A stretch of 62,450 nucleotides of DNA, filler included, from Sluysia triapertura (GCA_046118255.1; 4 parts of 4 records of this genome joined end to end with filler, not necessarily neighbours in it), one strand, 5' to 3'; counted from the first letter of the whole stretch, positions 26,501 through 41,159 are shown. Notes: generated by a model not told the origin, from the letters alone. Numbers and translations: made by a program.

Positions 26501-28229
26501 AAACTGTATTAATTTCATAATTAATTAATAATTATTATTAATTTAATAATGAATAGAATGTTAAATTTATTTATATTTTTATTAAAATAGTTAATATTTA
26601 AATTATGATAAGGAAAAGTTTGTCTATTTTTGTGTAATTAAGTTTTAAATCTGACTACATAATTAATAGAGAAGTTTACAGAAGATTATTTATTGAAATT
26701 TTCAAAATAAACATAACTATTTTTGAATTTTCTCATTTATTTATTTTCTAATATATAGTAAAGTCTCTATTTTTGTTGCCAAAGTAGGTATTAATAAATA
26801 TATTATTTTTATTTACAAAACATTTGTTAAGAAAAGAGTTAAAAGACACTGATTTAAATAATGTCAAACCTGTTACTACTTTTGCTAAAGTGACTATAAG
26901 CTGTGTAAAACGTAGGCGTATTAGAACTGAGTTCGGGACTAGATTCGGACTTGCCACATACATAAAGACTTGAAACACTACATATGTTGTACAAAAATGG
27001 AATGGAGCTAAATAAATAAATATAAATTATTATAAAGCAGTAACTACATTTATTTAGATTAATAATAGTTTTATTTTAGTTTACAATATACTTTTTTACA
27101 TTCAAAATAGGTTAAAACGATGAAGTAATTAAAAAATAATAAAATAATTTAACAAAATAAATAAACTGAAGTAAATATAAAGTATAATATAAATTGATAA
27201 AAATAGTTATGGAAAGCATTTTCCGAAATTAATTTGTTTTATTATATAAATCTACTAAAACTGACTTCATTTTTCTTAATATAATTCAAAAATACAAACG
27301 TAAAAATTTAATTATCATTTCGATTTTATTTCGATTAATGTTTAGTTAAATAACATTTATATAAACCCATCTAAAATAATATCATTCTGATGATATCCTA
27401 GACAGAATTAAAGCACATGATATATTCTTCATGAAAACGTAAGAAGAAACATTACGACATCTCAATACCTTGGAAAGATTGTAACATAGTTCACAGAATC
27501 ATAAATGATAAGAACTGTAGAAATAGCGATGATAACAGTAATGGTGGTAATGGTAGTAGTGATAATAATTTTATTTAAAAGAAACTCTAAAAGAAACATC
27601 AGTAATAAATTTGAAAGTAAATTTAATCTAGATCACATATTGATAAAATATCGCAATACATCACTACTAATATGATTATTGTTGAATTTATTATTATTAT
27701 TATTATTAATGTTGGGATTAGGGAAGGATAAGAAGAAACATAAGGGTCATGATAACAAAATAAAATAAACATTTAAGAATTAAGATGAATAAAATAAGTG
27801 TATAAAATACTTGAATCAAAATAAAAGAATGAGAAATACGAAGAAATAACCCTTTGCAAGGTTTTATTTATTAAAGTATTAAAGTATATTTGTTAATTAA
27901 TTTAATTACAATTTGTTTATTTAATAACTTAATAAAAAATGTTTGTTGATGATAGAATACTATTAGATTTGCTGAGTTTTATTATTGATGATACAATGTT
28001 ACGAAACACGTCGACGTACATAAGGTAAAAATTAGTTATTTTAATTAGTTTTTATAATTTAAAATTAAATATTTAAGTATAAGTAAAGTTTACATTAAAT
28101 TAATGCATATGAATATACCAATTTAAATATATTATTGAACTTGACGTGTAATGTACGGTTATACAAAAGATTTCTACGAAAAATAAATTTATTATTTCAT
28201 TAGTTTTATCCTTAATTTAATGTTGTAGA

Positions 28230-28620
28230 AAAGATAAGGGGATTGTTTACCACAAATCCCATATCTTTAGATAATTAAAAAGATAATGAAATTGGACGCA
28301 GATGGAAATAACTGTTGAAATTTAATCAGTAAATTTAACCAGCTAAAAGAATGGATAGTTTTAGTTTCTGTCTTGTCCAATTTCCCAAATGATCTAAAAG
28401 CTGATGTATAAGTAGTAGGGAAAGACAATAAAGAAACCGAAAACTGTTTAGCTTTATGGATGTTGCTTCAATTCATCTTTGGACAACGGTAAAATTGAGG
28501 CTTGTTCTTTAGCAATCAACTAAAATGAACATTTAAGGGTTTATAAGAAAAAGGGTTAGTAAATTATTTTTATTCATTATATTTTAGTTAATACGGGTTC
28601 AACATTTATTTAAAGCTGAT
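28230..28620 (+). repeat. Dispersed duplicated segment; inverted homologue at ~39180-39500
   Basis: TTCCCAAATGATC...ATAAAGAAACC...GCTTCA(A)TTCATCT...CAATCAACTAAAAT.AACATTTAAG is present at both loci in opposite orientation. Confidence 0.65.
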
Positions 28621-31600
28621 AATAGTGTTATACATTGAAAGAATTTTGTTAAAAGAATTTTATTAGTTTTATAATGGAAGTGTATTGATATAAAAGAATT
28701 TTCGTAGTAGAATTGCGATATTTTAAAGGATATTAATATTGAGATTCCGAATTTGTTTAGCTATTGGATTATAATTTGATAAAGTAAAAGTACAAATCTC
28801 ATAAGCATAATAAAGATTAGACTGAAGTTTGTATAAATTAATTAATTTTTAATTTCACATATTCAATTATAAATATTATAACTATCTTCATTATACAAAT
28901 TAAAAGCATTGCCGTTTCAGTTTTATCTTCAATATAATTGATCAATGCTCTCTAAATAACGAAACAATACCTTCAAGGGCAATTTTTCAAGTTTAGTTAT
29001 CGATTCTAAGTTATGAAGTTATATTGAAAGACAAACAATGACAAATGGACAAAAAATTTCATTTTGAAATAATACATTTTAATAAAAATTTAAAAATTAA
29101 TAAAAATAATTTACAAAAAAAGATTTTTCAAAAAAGATTCATCATTATTAATAAATATTAAGATGATTTACGAATTATATATTTGTATATTTTAATTGTT
29201 TAAATCAATATAACTTCCGAATGTGGATTTAATAGAATTTTTGAATTATGTGATTAAATAATTATTTAACACTAATAAAATTGTTCTAAGAAATCATTTA
29301 ATTTATTCTTATTATAATATTAGAAGTTTATTTAATAATGTGGAATTAATTAACGACACAGGTTTACTCAGAAATATTCGAACCTTCGGTAACAATGATC
29401 AGAAAGAAAATAATCTATTGAATCCATTGCAAAAAAAGGTGAAAGCTCTAAACAATAGTGGGTTAAACGAATGAGATTTATCTAGTAAGACAGGGAAATA
29501 CAATAAATAGGATTACCTGATGGAAAAAATATCACAATAAAAATTTAATTCTTTCATTGTTGGAAAAGAGAATAATAAACCACAATTTCTAATGTTATGA
29601 AACTACAAAAATAAAAGAAATACAAAAATAAAAGAAATACAAAAATATTAAATTGTTTAAAAACACCTAGACATTTTATTTATTTATTTGTAGTTTATTT
29701 GTATATACTTTATTACTTGTAATTACAGATTAATGAATTGATACTTCAAATTATACTATAATAAACTATATTATCTTAAGGATATTTATTTTAACAATGA
29801 TAGATTATGTTATGTACCGTTTATATTTCAAAAAACGTAATCAGTATACCGGTTAACATCAAATCACTTTCTATTTAAGAAATATTATAATTAATGATTT
29901 ATTTTAAGCGATTATTTTGTAATTGATGTTAGTCCTATATATCTATTATTCTTTAACACGACTACTTTTTACGCAAAATAGGATTGAATAATATGTATGA
30001 CATAAAATAAATGACCAAAACTTTTAAATGCATATTTTTGAAAGAAAAATATTTCCATAGATTCAGGAACAATAATGAGTTACAGATTACATTCATTTTA
30101 ATAATTACCACACAGCACAAGTTACATTGTCTTGCATCGTACTTATTATTATTTTCAAATAACAATTTCTAAACATTTGTAAATATTAAAAATTTATAAT
30201 AAAATTTAAGATAGAATAAATTATAAAAATGCGAATAAAAATTTTTAAAAATAATTTTCTAACTTTAAAACTTTAGTTGTTGTAAATGAAGTAATTTAAA
30301 TAATTAAAATTCAATATTTTATAAAGAAATTTAAAAATGTTTTAATAAAATACTTATTCAGTATGGCTGCCCAATTGAAAATTTACTATATAAACAAGTG
30401 AATTTTCAATATGGTAACCATAATAGAATTATAATCGTCAGATAATAATTTCTCCCAAGATCCAAGAAAAAGTAAATATTATTCTTATTGTACTAAAGAT
30501 TTAATTTAACACTTAAATATGTAACGTTGTGCTAGTTCATAATCGGTATTTTTAATGTATTTTTAAAATTACTTGCGAATAATAAGGAGCTTCTTAATTA
30601 TTATTAAATTCCTTATTGCTATTATTTTTGTTTTTACTCATTTATTGAGAAGTTGTGATTATTTCGTTTAAAAAACGAATTAGCTAATACAATTTAATTG
30701 TTATTCCTTAATTCTCTTGATTATATTAAAATCCTGTAACTGTACGCTGGACCTTAAGGGTTAGCTCACTTTATTAAAATTTATTTAGTTAACGTTAAAC
30801 CTTAAAGGCTAATTTAAATTATACTTTACATATACAATTAATATATTCCCTGTAACTACCATAAAGTAACATATAATTTATAAGACAGCCTAAAATAACG
30901 TTTAGGAAAAGATAAATTACGAACAGGTATGTTTGTACACATGTTATCATTAGAGGGTGAAGAATTGCATTTCTATCTAATATTAAAAGTTTCTAATGCA
31001 ACACATATATGATGAAAAAGAGTATGTTTATTGTAGTCATATGCGTTTGAGTCAAAAACATGGAAATTAAAAGGTTATTTTTGCAAATCGTAAATGCAGA
31101 ATTATAGAGTAGATTTCTCATCTTTGTCAGAATACAAATTGATTGCATACAATCATGCAATCACATTCAAAATGGACTAAGCAATTAATTTATACAAGTT
31201 ATCAATTAATCTTGCTAACCAATGCATGTTTGAACCTGAAATTTTTCTTGACTGTGTCATTTGAAATACAATCCTTTGTGTAATAATATTTTTGCTAGTG
31301 GAAACTTTTTCGTGCTTGGCAGTAACAACTATCAATTTGCTAAAGTGATAGATAAAATTAAAAATGATTTGCTGTCTCATTTATAATTAGATAATTTCAA
31401 ATAAAAATTAGTATATAAATTAGTGCATTTAGAAAAGTCATTTTATTACTTTTAATAAATTATTATTATGAATCAGAGTAATTTAGTAATGACTTATAAG
31501 AACGTTTTATTACTATTTTAAGATAATAAGAGAACGTTCTATTTTTATTGTTAATTGGTTATTATTGTTCAGTCAAAGTAGCTCTCTAAAATTCAGCCGA

Positions 31601-31756
31601 AATGGATTGAATACACAGCACCACTGATGGTCGGCATATTACTAGAATTACTAGATGTCATCATATTAATGAAGAATATATTCTGGATTCAACTGAGAGT
31701 CCTAATAAATATAAATTTTTAATTTTAATTTATTTTTAGGTATAGAAATTAAATTC

Positions 31757-33250
31757 TGTGATTACCCAAGAAATGAATGAGGAAAACATGGAATTGGAAA
31801 ATGCAAGAAAAATTGATCCAAATTTATGGAAAGAATAAAGCATTATTAGAGTGATAATGATGATGCAAACATCTATATTCATTTTGAGAATTGAGAAATA
31901 TCTTGAAGTTCCAAAGACCCTTGTAAGGTGTTGCGACTATTGAGGAAAATTGAAATTAGTTTGACAACATTTTTAAGCTTTAAGGTACCCTGAATCCTGA
32001 AACATTATAGGATCTCATTTTACCTTTAAGAATCTTTGAAACCTTGTAAAGTATTTGAAATCTTTGAAGTGTTTTTGAAATTAAATCATTGTTACTAATA
32101 TTATATGTAAATTTCGTACATTAATAGTTAGCATAGAAAAGTAAAAAAAGAATCAGAATGGTGAACATGAAAGCACCTTATAAGACCTTATAAACAACTT
32201 CAAAACCTAAATTGCACTTAAGCATAAAACACAATAAAATATAAAACTAGATTAATTAATTAAGGAAAAAATAAGTTTTATAAATAATGTTTGAATGCAG
32301 AATGCTATGACACATTATGATTGCGTATATATTTTTATTTTAATAATGTCTTTCGATAAAGATAAAGTTTGATCGAATTCATACAAAGAAAACCTTAATA
32401 TAGAACAAAGTCAAGTTTTAATTAACTCTCAATCCTGAAATATTAAACTTTTCATATTTGGAATGATGAAAGGATAATGAATTAAATATAATGTGATTGC
32501 GATGAAAGATGAAAATCTCGAAATTAATTTGAAATGCTTATAAAATGATTTATTTAAGAATATTTTCTATTAGAAAATTCATTGAATTCAAAAAAACTAA
32601 AGTTAAATTCATTATTTTTAAAGATGTTCTTAATAATAATTCTTATTTTAATGTGAGAAGAAATTTAGAAGAAAATAAACAGAGTACAACAGAAGAAAAT
32701 AATGGTTGATAATTAATCAAGTTTCTGTGTTTTGGACTTAACAAAGTCTGACAAGTATTATCACGTAACTGTTAGAGCTTTCATTGTTGACTATCAAAGA
32801 ATGTTCAGATGAATGTTAAATGTTCGATTGTAAAACTCAAATGTGAATGGATAATGAGAATTCACAAAAAGGAGTAGTTGTAACATTTTTCAAGCAATAA
32901 TAACAATAATAAACGAATAGTGAAACTAAAGTAATTCAAGATCAATGGAAAAGGTACGTTTTTATTTTATTATTATTTTAAGTTTAAAATTTTTATAATT
33001 ATATTTGATTTGATTTGAACATAAATTTTTGGAGGTTTAGGAGGCGCTTATTATTTCAATAGCTTTTTATTACTTGTTTGATTTGACTTGCGTCAGCCTT
33101 GGTTAATAGTGTAGTTTTAGATTATTAGTGCCCTATTAAAGGTTTGTCATATAATTTAATCCTCTTTTCAAATAATTTAAGCATTTGGTCATTTAACATA
33201 ATCTTTTTAGAAATTAATTAGAATATTACAAGCGAATTATATAAGCGAAC
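31757..33250 (+). mobile_element. Repeat family A copy in opposite orientation
   Basis: Reverse-complement matches (GTTCCAAAGACC, TTTCGATAAAG...TTTGATCGAATTCAT, TTTTAATGTGAGAAG); degenerate start TGTGATTACCC. Confidence 0.6.
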
Positions 33251-34173
33251 ATTCATACTTTTTAATAAATTTACAATAAAAGACATTTATTTAAGAGGAT
33301 TCATTGTCAATTGCTCTTATTAAATATTCGCGCCTATGCCTAAAATATGAGTTCCTGATAATCAAATTTGATGTTTTGTTTGAAAATTTTCAGATTTTAC
33401 CATATTTTTTCATTTCGACAATGCTTCTTCAATTGGATTAAGTGTGAAGAATACGATGAAATATACCTTATTTCACAATTATTCTTGACATATATGTCAG
33501 ATGCAAGATGTGATTTATGCATAGATGCATTATCCATAATGATTATCAAATTTGATAATTATTTTCTTCCAGATTAATAATAAAATTAGACAAAAAAGAT
33601 TTATACTCTTAAATATTATACTTTAGTTTGATTTCATTTGCTACTCTAAAATTCGGCTTGTTTTGTTAAGATGGATTCCATAAATTTATTAATTGTTTTA
33701 TTGTATTGCTGAAATTATGTGAAAAAGCCTGTAATTTAATCTGTAATTTATCATTTATTGGTTATAATAAATATTTGTAATAATTGATATTTGTAGAGTT
33801 GATTTATAGTCATTGTCATAATTGTTAAATTGTGTTATACTCGTCATAGAGAGTATAGTTGAGGTTAAATTTTACTTGATTTATTGAGTTTTGAATTTAG
33901 AGTTAATACAGAATATTTTAAATAAAAGTAAAATAGAATTAAAATTAAATAGAATTAAAAGAAAGTCAGTGAAAAATACTATATCAATGATATTATTGGA
34001 AATTTTTTATTTTGTCTAAGATATTGCATTCTGTCAAGGTTACTATTAAATAAAATACTAGTTTTTCTTTGGTTTATTTGAGAATCAGAAGATTTTATGT
34101 GCATCTAATATAGGAGATGAGTTAGAATCCCGACTGCATATATTAAAGTTTTAAATTTATTTGATATTAGTAA

Positions 34174-34273
34174 NNNNNNNNNNNNNNNNNNNNNNNNNNN
34201 NNNNNNNNNNNNNNNNNTTAATTAATTAANNNNNNNNNNNNNNNNNNNNNNNNNNNNNNNNNNNNNNNNNNNN
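34174..34273. other. Assembly gap with artificial linker
   Basis: N44-TTAATTAATTAA-N44. Confidence 0.97.
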
Positions 34274-34509
34274 AAATATTATTTATTAAATATTCACAAG
34301 ATTAATTAAATTTAATTTATTTGGTAATTTATTTTTATAATAAATTTTTTATTTTTTTATAATAATAATATTGATTTTACAAAAGCATTAAAAAATTAAA
34401 TATTTACACAAAAACATAAAAAAAAATTAAAAATTAAATACTTTACAGAAGCATAATATTATTTACCACAAAAAGAAAAGTAAACCCCAAAGTAAGATAA
34501 TTTTTATTT

Positions 34510-35240
34510 AAGTGGGATACTGAAGGGAAGATTATAGGGATAACTTGATACACTGGCCTACCAAACTAGTAATATTAGCTTTACGGAAACCTAAATTTTC
34601 AAGTAGAGATAATTTTCTGTATCCCAAGAATGAAGATCTCCAACTACAAATGTGTCTAGGGAGATGAGACATTTTTGTTGGTATTGGAGGTTTGCCTCAG
34701 GTCAGAATACTTGGTAATATTAAATGTTCGGGCCACCTGAAAGTTTTCGTAGCGATTAATAGTTGATTTTATGTCTATGGGAAGCAGTTCGAAAGACTTA
34801 GTACCTTCCACTTGAATATAAGGTCGCCTATCTTTCTTGACCGAGAAGCCCATTTGTTTTAGTTTACTAAGTAAACATTCAACAGTTTTATTATGTTTTA
34901 CTGAAGGTCAGTGATGGTATGTGGGTAAAGACATAATACATGGGAAAGAGTTTCTCTTTCGAAGCCACACCAACGATGGGTAAAAGGAAGACTAAGTCGA
35001 ATGTTTTGAGATAAAAGTTAAGTTTCCAGATATTATTCCTGGCTTTAGTCATGAAACTCTAATCCTGGTTTCCTATTTATAGAGGACTTTTCATGAAACA
35101 ATCGATACAGCGACCTTGGACTTTAGGAGATTTCCAGGAATTTGAGTTGGAAAGATTAATAAGCTCATGCAAATATTTCCATACTTTATCTTTATGAAAT
35201 GGCAGTGGTAAAGGTGAAAGCATTTAGAACCTCTGAACGC
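34510..35240 (-). mobile_element. 3' fragment of an RLE-type non-LTR retrotransposon (NeSL/Utopia/R2-like), copy 1
   Basis: WKSPKVQGRCIDC...HRWCGFERETLSHVLCLYP...DRRPYIQ...IDIKS...ARTFNITKYSDL...FVVGDLHSWDTEN. This is a degenerate CCHC knuckle plus PD-(D/E)xK restriction-like endonuclease, homologous to 40435-41130. Confidence 0.8.
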
Positions 35241-35630
35241 TTTATGAAGTACTAAACAAATTTTAAACCTTTTAAAAATTTTAAACATAAAATAAGATTA
35301 AATCTAAAAATACATTAATTTAATTAAAAAACGTTTTTGTGAATGTTTGAATGAGGAGTGCTATGTTAAATTTGAAACTGAATATGTATTTGTTTTAAAA
35401 AGACCTTTGAAGGTATAATTTGACGCCGTTCATTGAAGGAAAGCCTTAATATTTTGCAGCCAAATTTTAATTAATTCCTAATTATGGAATGTTCAATTTT
35501 TCATACTTAGAATGATAAAAATATGAAGAATTGAATAATGATTGCCATGAAAGTGGAGAATCTGGAAGTGAGTTTAAAATGTTTGTAGAGTTATGTTTTC
35601 CATTTTCCATTAGAAAATTTGGTGTTAAAA
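35240..35630 (+). mobile_element. Repeat family A fragment
   Basis: Reverse complement of the AAGGCTTTCCTT..ATGAAC..GTCAAA..AAAGGTCTTTT block. Confidence 0.6.
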
Positions 35631-36174
35631 ACCGAAAAATTCGTGTAATACCAACATCAGAATCTTCTTTTTTTTATCACGACTTCATTTTCAGATTGAT
35701 AAAATAACTACTCTCTTTACTAAGGCTTTTTCAAGCAATGAAAATCCACTTACATATTTGCTTAATACTTTTATTTAGTTTTACCAACCCTAAGACTGTG
35801 GTAGAATTAATCGTTGGAAGTCTTACGAAGTGTACAGAAAGCTGATTAACATTGGTGCTCTAAACTTTTAGAGTGACGAGTCTTATGTAGCCAAAAGTAA
35901 GATAAACAGAACCATAACAGATACTTTATGGACACTTAACGTATAAAACATTATGCACATATCACAATCTTTATCATTTTAAAAGTAGCTTCTAAACCAA
36001 AATTAGATTCAGAAATAAAATTACTAGTAGAATTTAATATTTTAATGATAACGAATCAGTTCAAAACACTGATTTATAATGTTTATAGTTAAAATTCATA
36101 TTAATTACTCCATTCAATCACCCAGACTTGCATTATTTAAAAGTCAAAAATTATATTGAACATAAACATTTTTA

Positions 36175-37003
36175 TTAATTTCGCCCTGAAACGACATCAG
36201 ATATATATAACTTCATAGATGCTTCTTCTTTAGAAATTTTAGAAAATTGAGCATATAACAAATTACAAGTTTTTTCAGCAGCATCATACATACTCGCGCA
36301 TATATCTTTGTCTGCGGGTAAATAATTAGTTACAGTTCTATAAATAATTGTTGATCCATAAAGTAAACTATTAGGCAACATTATAAAAGTTAATGTAGGG
36401 ATTTTTTGACTTTCTTCAAATCCATTGAGATCGCAGAGAATGTCTTGATTGTAAAGTCCTAAAACAATATTAATTTAGAATCATTAAAATTATTACCTAT
36501 AGTTGAAGCTACAACAAAATCTTTCATTCTAATACCAGCATTTATTAAAGCCAAAGAAACTGCATTAATCGCCACTGCTAATTCAGAGCCATCTGAGGTT
36601 ACTACTTCAATAGAAATATCAATAAGCGAATCGCCGAAACCTTCCAACATAACAACCTTTTCTATAACTTGCTAGATTATTATAAAATACGGCTAAACAT
36701 TACTTTAATAAAGAGAGCATTCAATTCACTCTTTTTATCACTTTTTGTTTTTCTCCTGATAGAATTTAAATTTGCATATGGATCTTTAGCATATTTACAA
36801 TAAATAATAGCCTCATTATGCTTAGCATCAGAAAAGTATCTACATTGCCTTGCGGTTACTGAGACGCGTACGTGAGTATTACCCTGATGTAGCACTGCAA
36901 AACCACGAGATTGTGAACAAACTTCGTCAAAATTTATTTCTATTGACCTTAATTCTGACGGTTGACGCCCATCGCTTCTTAAACCTTGAAACAATATATC
37001 CAT
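36175..37003 (-). CDS. EXOSC4: Exosome complex component RRP41 (RNase PH family); exons 37003-36704, 36671-36497, 36458-36175 (252 aa)
   Basis: GLRSDGRQPSELR, QGNTHVRVSV, IDISIEVVTSDGSELAVAINAVSLALINAGIRMKDFV, DLNGFEES. GT-AG introns of 32 nt (36672-36703) and 38 nt (36459-36496) restore one 759-nt frame. Confidence 0.92.
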
Positions 37004-39908
37004 GAAAGAAATGAGTAATTATTCAAACAAAAAATGTACTGCATATAAGTGGAAAATATAATTATGTAAAACATTCGATAAATTTTATGAATCTATATAA
37101 AATTAAAAATTAATTAAAATTTATCTACAAATAAATGAAAATATTATTTCTTCTGATAAGGAATTAAAAATAACAATTGTCTAGAATTGATAATAAGAGA
37201 TGAAACGAATGAAACGTCAAAATTTCAAATCAAAAATCACATGAAAATGTAAAATTATGTAGCAATCAGTTTGCTACAAACAAAAAACAAATAATCTTAA
37301 TAAAAGTTCTGTGGCATAGTTCAGGATAAGATAAAGGCTTAAGATTTAAAGTACAAAATAATCATATTAATAGATAATAGAGATAATAATAATGAAAATA
37401 ATTATAATGTGCAAAAAATATAATAATGATAATAATAATAACAGCAATAATGCTAACTATTATTATTTTAAAAGTCCTAGAGCTTAGTAATATGTTTAAA
37501 ATTTAATAAAAATACACAGTTCAAACAACAAAAGTAAAAATAGCTCCATATAAGTTGTGCGACATGTTAAATAAAAAATTCAGGAAATTGTAATTTAAAA
37601 AACCATTACTGATTTTCACAAAATGTTCGTGATTACTGTTTGGCAAGATTACTGATCTCTCCACAATCTAGCGATTAATTCTCTTGCATTCAATTTGTGA
37701 GGATGTGTAATGTAGTTAAAATTAATTTATTTTAAATTATTACTTATCTTATTGTGAGTCCTCTATAATACTGGACTTATACACTTAAGGGCCAGCACAT
37801 AGATTTTTGCAGTTTTAACAAAATAAATACTGGAGGTTCTTCTTTATTATTTTACTAAATCTATTTGTTAATGAACTTTCTTAAGTAGTGGCTTATTGCA
37901 ACTTAATGAATGTAACTATTTTAAAGAATTAACTCAGTTATCTAGTTTTTATAAAAGGGGAAAGCTCGTTTTTTACTATTATAATTAATTAAGAACAAAT
38001 AACAAATATTATATTCCAAACTAATGTGGTTGTACAAGACTTATATAAAAATATAAGTTACGTCAATAAAATATATAACAAACAGTATACGTAGATAGAA
38101 AAGTCAAGTAAATAAAACTGTCAAATTAGTGTATAATTATTTTTACAATTCAAAATTTATCTTAAACTTTTCTGTAAATTTCTTGAACAAATTTAATAAG
38201 GAAAAGTTAATAATATTAATCCTATTGACTAATTTGATCAGAAAATGAATATATTTTTGTGTTTACTTTAAAAGTTATTTTTAAAATCAATATGTAATTT
38301 TATTTCAATTATGTTTCAATATATGAGGTATAATACAAGATGTTAATAATATTAATTTTTTAAATCAATATTAATGATTTTATATCGTAACAAATATTAC
38401 TTAAAGATAATTTAATTAAAGATTAAGTCAAGTTTATGTTTAATTTAAATTTACTCTTAAAAATAGTAAAACTAACGATCAAAACTTCCTTAGATAAGTG
38501 GTTAAATTATTATCTTTAAAAACTGTTACAAATAAATACAATTCTCCAAGGAAATTATAGTTTTCTTGGCAAATATTAATCCTTTCTTCTATAATTCAAA
38601 CAAATTCTTTCTATTTATACTCATTAATTATGTTATTTTAGACAATATAAAATTTACTCTATTTATACTATTTTTTTTGTTTATCAAATATATCTAGAAT
38701 GTTTGAAATAATAATTTATTAGTAAATTTAAACAATATTTTTGATAATATAGTAAAATTTTGAATATATATGCATATTAATGTATAATAATTTTTAAATA
38801 TTTTAATTTTTTAAATATTTCATAAGACACTAAATATGATAGTTTCAAATAATTTTACATAAATTTTCAAATAAGATACGAAATAAAAATATAAAAATTA
38901 TTAAAAATTATTTTTGCAAATTATTTACGTGTTGTGTCTTCTATACTTTTACTTTAAATTATCAAACTATAACCTAGTAATTAAACAAATTTGGAATCTC
39001 GATATATTATTTAAAATAACACAATTATGTAGTGAAAATTCTTTTGTATTATATAAATAGAACCAATAAAATTCCTTTAGAAAAATGCTTTCAATATGTA
39101 AATTTACTATCAGCTTCAAAATTATAAATAAATTATAAATAAATTACTACCATGGATGACACAACTCAAATAAAATAAATGTCGATGCCCGTATTAACTA
39201 AAATATAGTGAATAAAAAACAAGTTACTAACCATTTTTCTTAAATGTTTATTTTAGTTGATTGTTGAAGAATAAACCTCAGTTTCATCGTTTTCTACAGA
39301 TGAAATGAAGCAGCGTCCCTAAAGCTGAAAAACTTTAGGTTTCTTTATTATCTTTGTTAACTCTTGTCTTGTTATTTTCTTCTAATTTTCTGCAAAAATA
39401 TGACTGCTTTTATAGCAACTTTACGATCATTTGGGAAATTGAAAATTTGGACCAAACTGTCTATTTTTTAACTTTTCAATCTTTTATAATACAATTTCTA
39501 ATAATTTCTAAATAAGATATATATTCAACTAATTAAGTCGTAATAATAAATTTTGTATCTAATATAATTTGTTTGTACGTTAACTAATAACTGATTAAAG
39601 TATTCCGCTAAAAATTATTTGTCTTTCTAGTAAAAATATTGATAAATTGTTATTAACAAATATATGAAATTGTAATAAAATTGTTTGTGAATATATATAT
39701 GATTTGTTCTTTTACAAATGTTATAAAATCAGACATATTAGAAAACAGTTACAAAATATCTTTAATACTTTAGAAATTCTACATTTCCAGGAATCTCTTA
39801 GTTAATCTAAGTTGGAAATAATATCTCATTCCAGACTTTTTTTTATATCAGATTTGTACATACTGCTTTTTGATGTATCATTCTCTGTTTGGAAATGTTA
39901 GACTTCAT

Positions 39909-39971
39909 AAAATGGACTGACCGGGGATCGAATCTGGAACCTTTGCTTCACAATTCGATGAATTGATAACC
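39909..39971 (-). pseudogene. tRNA-like 3' half (pseudo-tRNA or tRNA-derived SINE head)
   Basis: Minus strand reads GGTTATCA...TTGTGAAGCAAAGGTTCCAGATTCGATCCCCGGTCAGTCCA-TTTT: a B-box/T-arm, an acceptor-like strand and a T-run. No 5' acceptor strand is visible. Confidence 0.45.
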
Positions 39972-40434
39972 TTTAATTTTACAACAAAAACAAGTACGTA
40001 CATAATCAAATAATAGGGTATAATAAATATAGACAAAGGAATCACATTTGTATAAAAAGTAGTTAATGTAATAAATCTGATATTGAAATTGTTGTTCGTG
40101 CTGATGATGGTTATAAGGAACGTGTTAATAATTCTTGTTGAACAAAGAAATATATTAAAACACACCAATGATAAATCAAAGACATGCAATTAAGTGGGTG
40201 AAATAAAGAAATGAGAATATAGAAAATAAATAGGGGAAAAATAAATAAATAAAAATAAAAGAATAGAAATAAATAAAAACCATTGAATAAGAATAAGAAG
40301 GAAATGAAAATGTGAAAGAGAATATCAATTGTTGTATAATAGATTGATTATTCCCAAAAACCAAAAGATTAAAGATAGATGATAAACTAACTCATTAAAG
40401 TATCAAGATTAAGTCATCTATGACAACAATATTA

Positions 40435-41130
40435 TTTATGTATGGCCCTTGTGGATGTTAAAGGAGGATTCAATTGAGAGTATGAATCACAGGTGTGCTA
40501 AACCAGTTATATTGGCCCTACGGAAGCCTAGTTTTTTTTAGAAGGATATCATTTTCAGGATCTCAAGAATCAAGTGCTCCAAAGACAAGGAAAACCTGAC
40601 ATTTAAGTTGCATTTGGAGCTTATCTATTAGGTCGGAATATTTCGTAATATTGAAAGTTCGGCTGCCTTAAATTTCTCATAATCATCAATGGGCGACTTG
40701 ACGTCAATGAGAAAAAGTTAGGAGGAAATGCTACCTAGCGCTTGTATATCAGGTCTTCGGTAGTCACCAGTAAGGGGAGTTTGAGTATCCATTTATACTG
40801 AGAAGCCAATTTGTTTAAGTTTACTATGTAAACATTCGAGAATATTATTATGTCTGACTGTACGGCCAATGATAGTTCGAGGGCAAAGACATAATACGTG
40901 GGCAATAGTTTCTCGTTCAAAGCCACACCAGCGACAAACAATGGGGAGACATAGTCGAATGTTTTGTGGAGAAAAATTAAGCTAGTCTATTCCTAGTCTT
41001 AATCATAAAAGTCCAACTCTGGTTGTTTAATTGTAAAGAAAACGGGCAACCACATAAAAGACCTTTCATGAAGCATTCAACAAAACGACCTTGGATTTTG
41101 TGGGATTTCATTTAGTTTGATTAAAAATTG
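40435..41130 (-). mobile_element. 3' fragment of an RLE-type non-LTR retrotransposon, copy 2
   Basis: KIQGRFVEC...WTFMIKTRNRL...CRWCGFERETIAHVLCLCPRTIIGRTVRHNNIL...RRPDIQ...LIDVKSP...TKYSDL...VFGALDS*DPEND. This is an intact CCHC knuckle plus RHN, PD, D-x-K, KY and GALGSW-like motifs. Confidence 0.88.
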
Positions 41131-41159
41131 TTGTTTTTAAATGTGATAGTGGGAACTCA

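Noticed and set aside
25880-31380. Several short coding-looking islands (25.9, 26.9, 29.4, 31.0-31.4 kb)
   Set aside because: Interrupted by stops, with no recognisable motif or consistent splice model, so I cannot support a call.
39909-39971. Functional tRNA-His(GTG)
   Set aside because: The 5' acceptor strand and D-arm are missing and the T-stem is mismatched; kept only as a tRNA-like remnant.
40735-40941. Listed 68-aa ORF (and the antisense ORFs 41548-41826, 46750-46971, 9021-9281, 1359-1601)
   Set aside because: Off-frame or antisense shadows of the real RLE, env, ORF2 and otopetrin frames.
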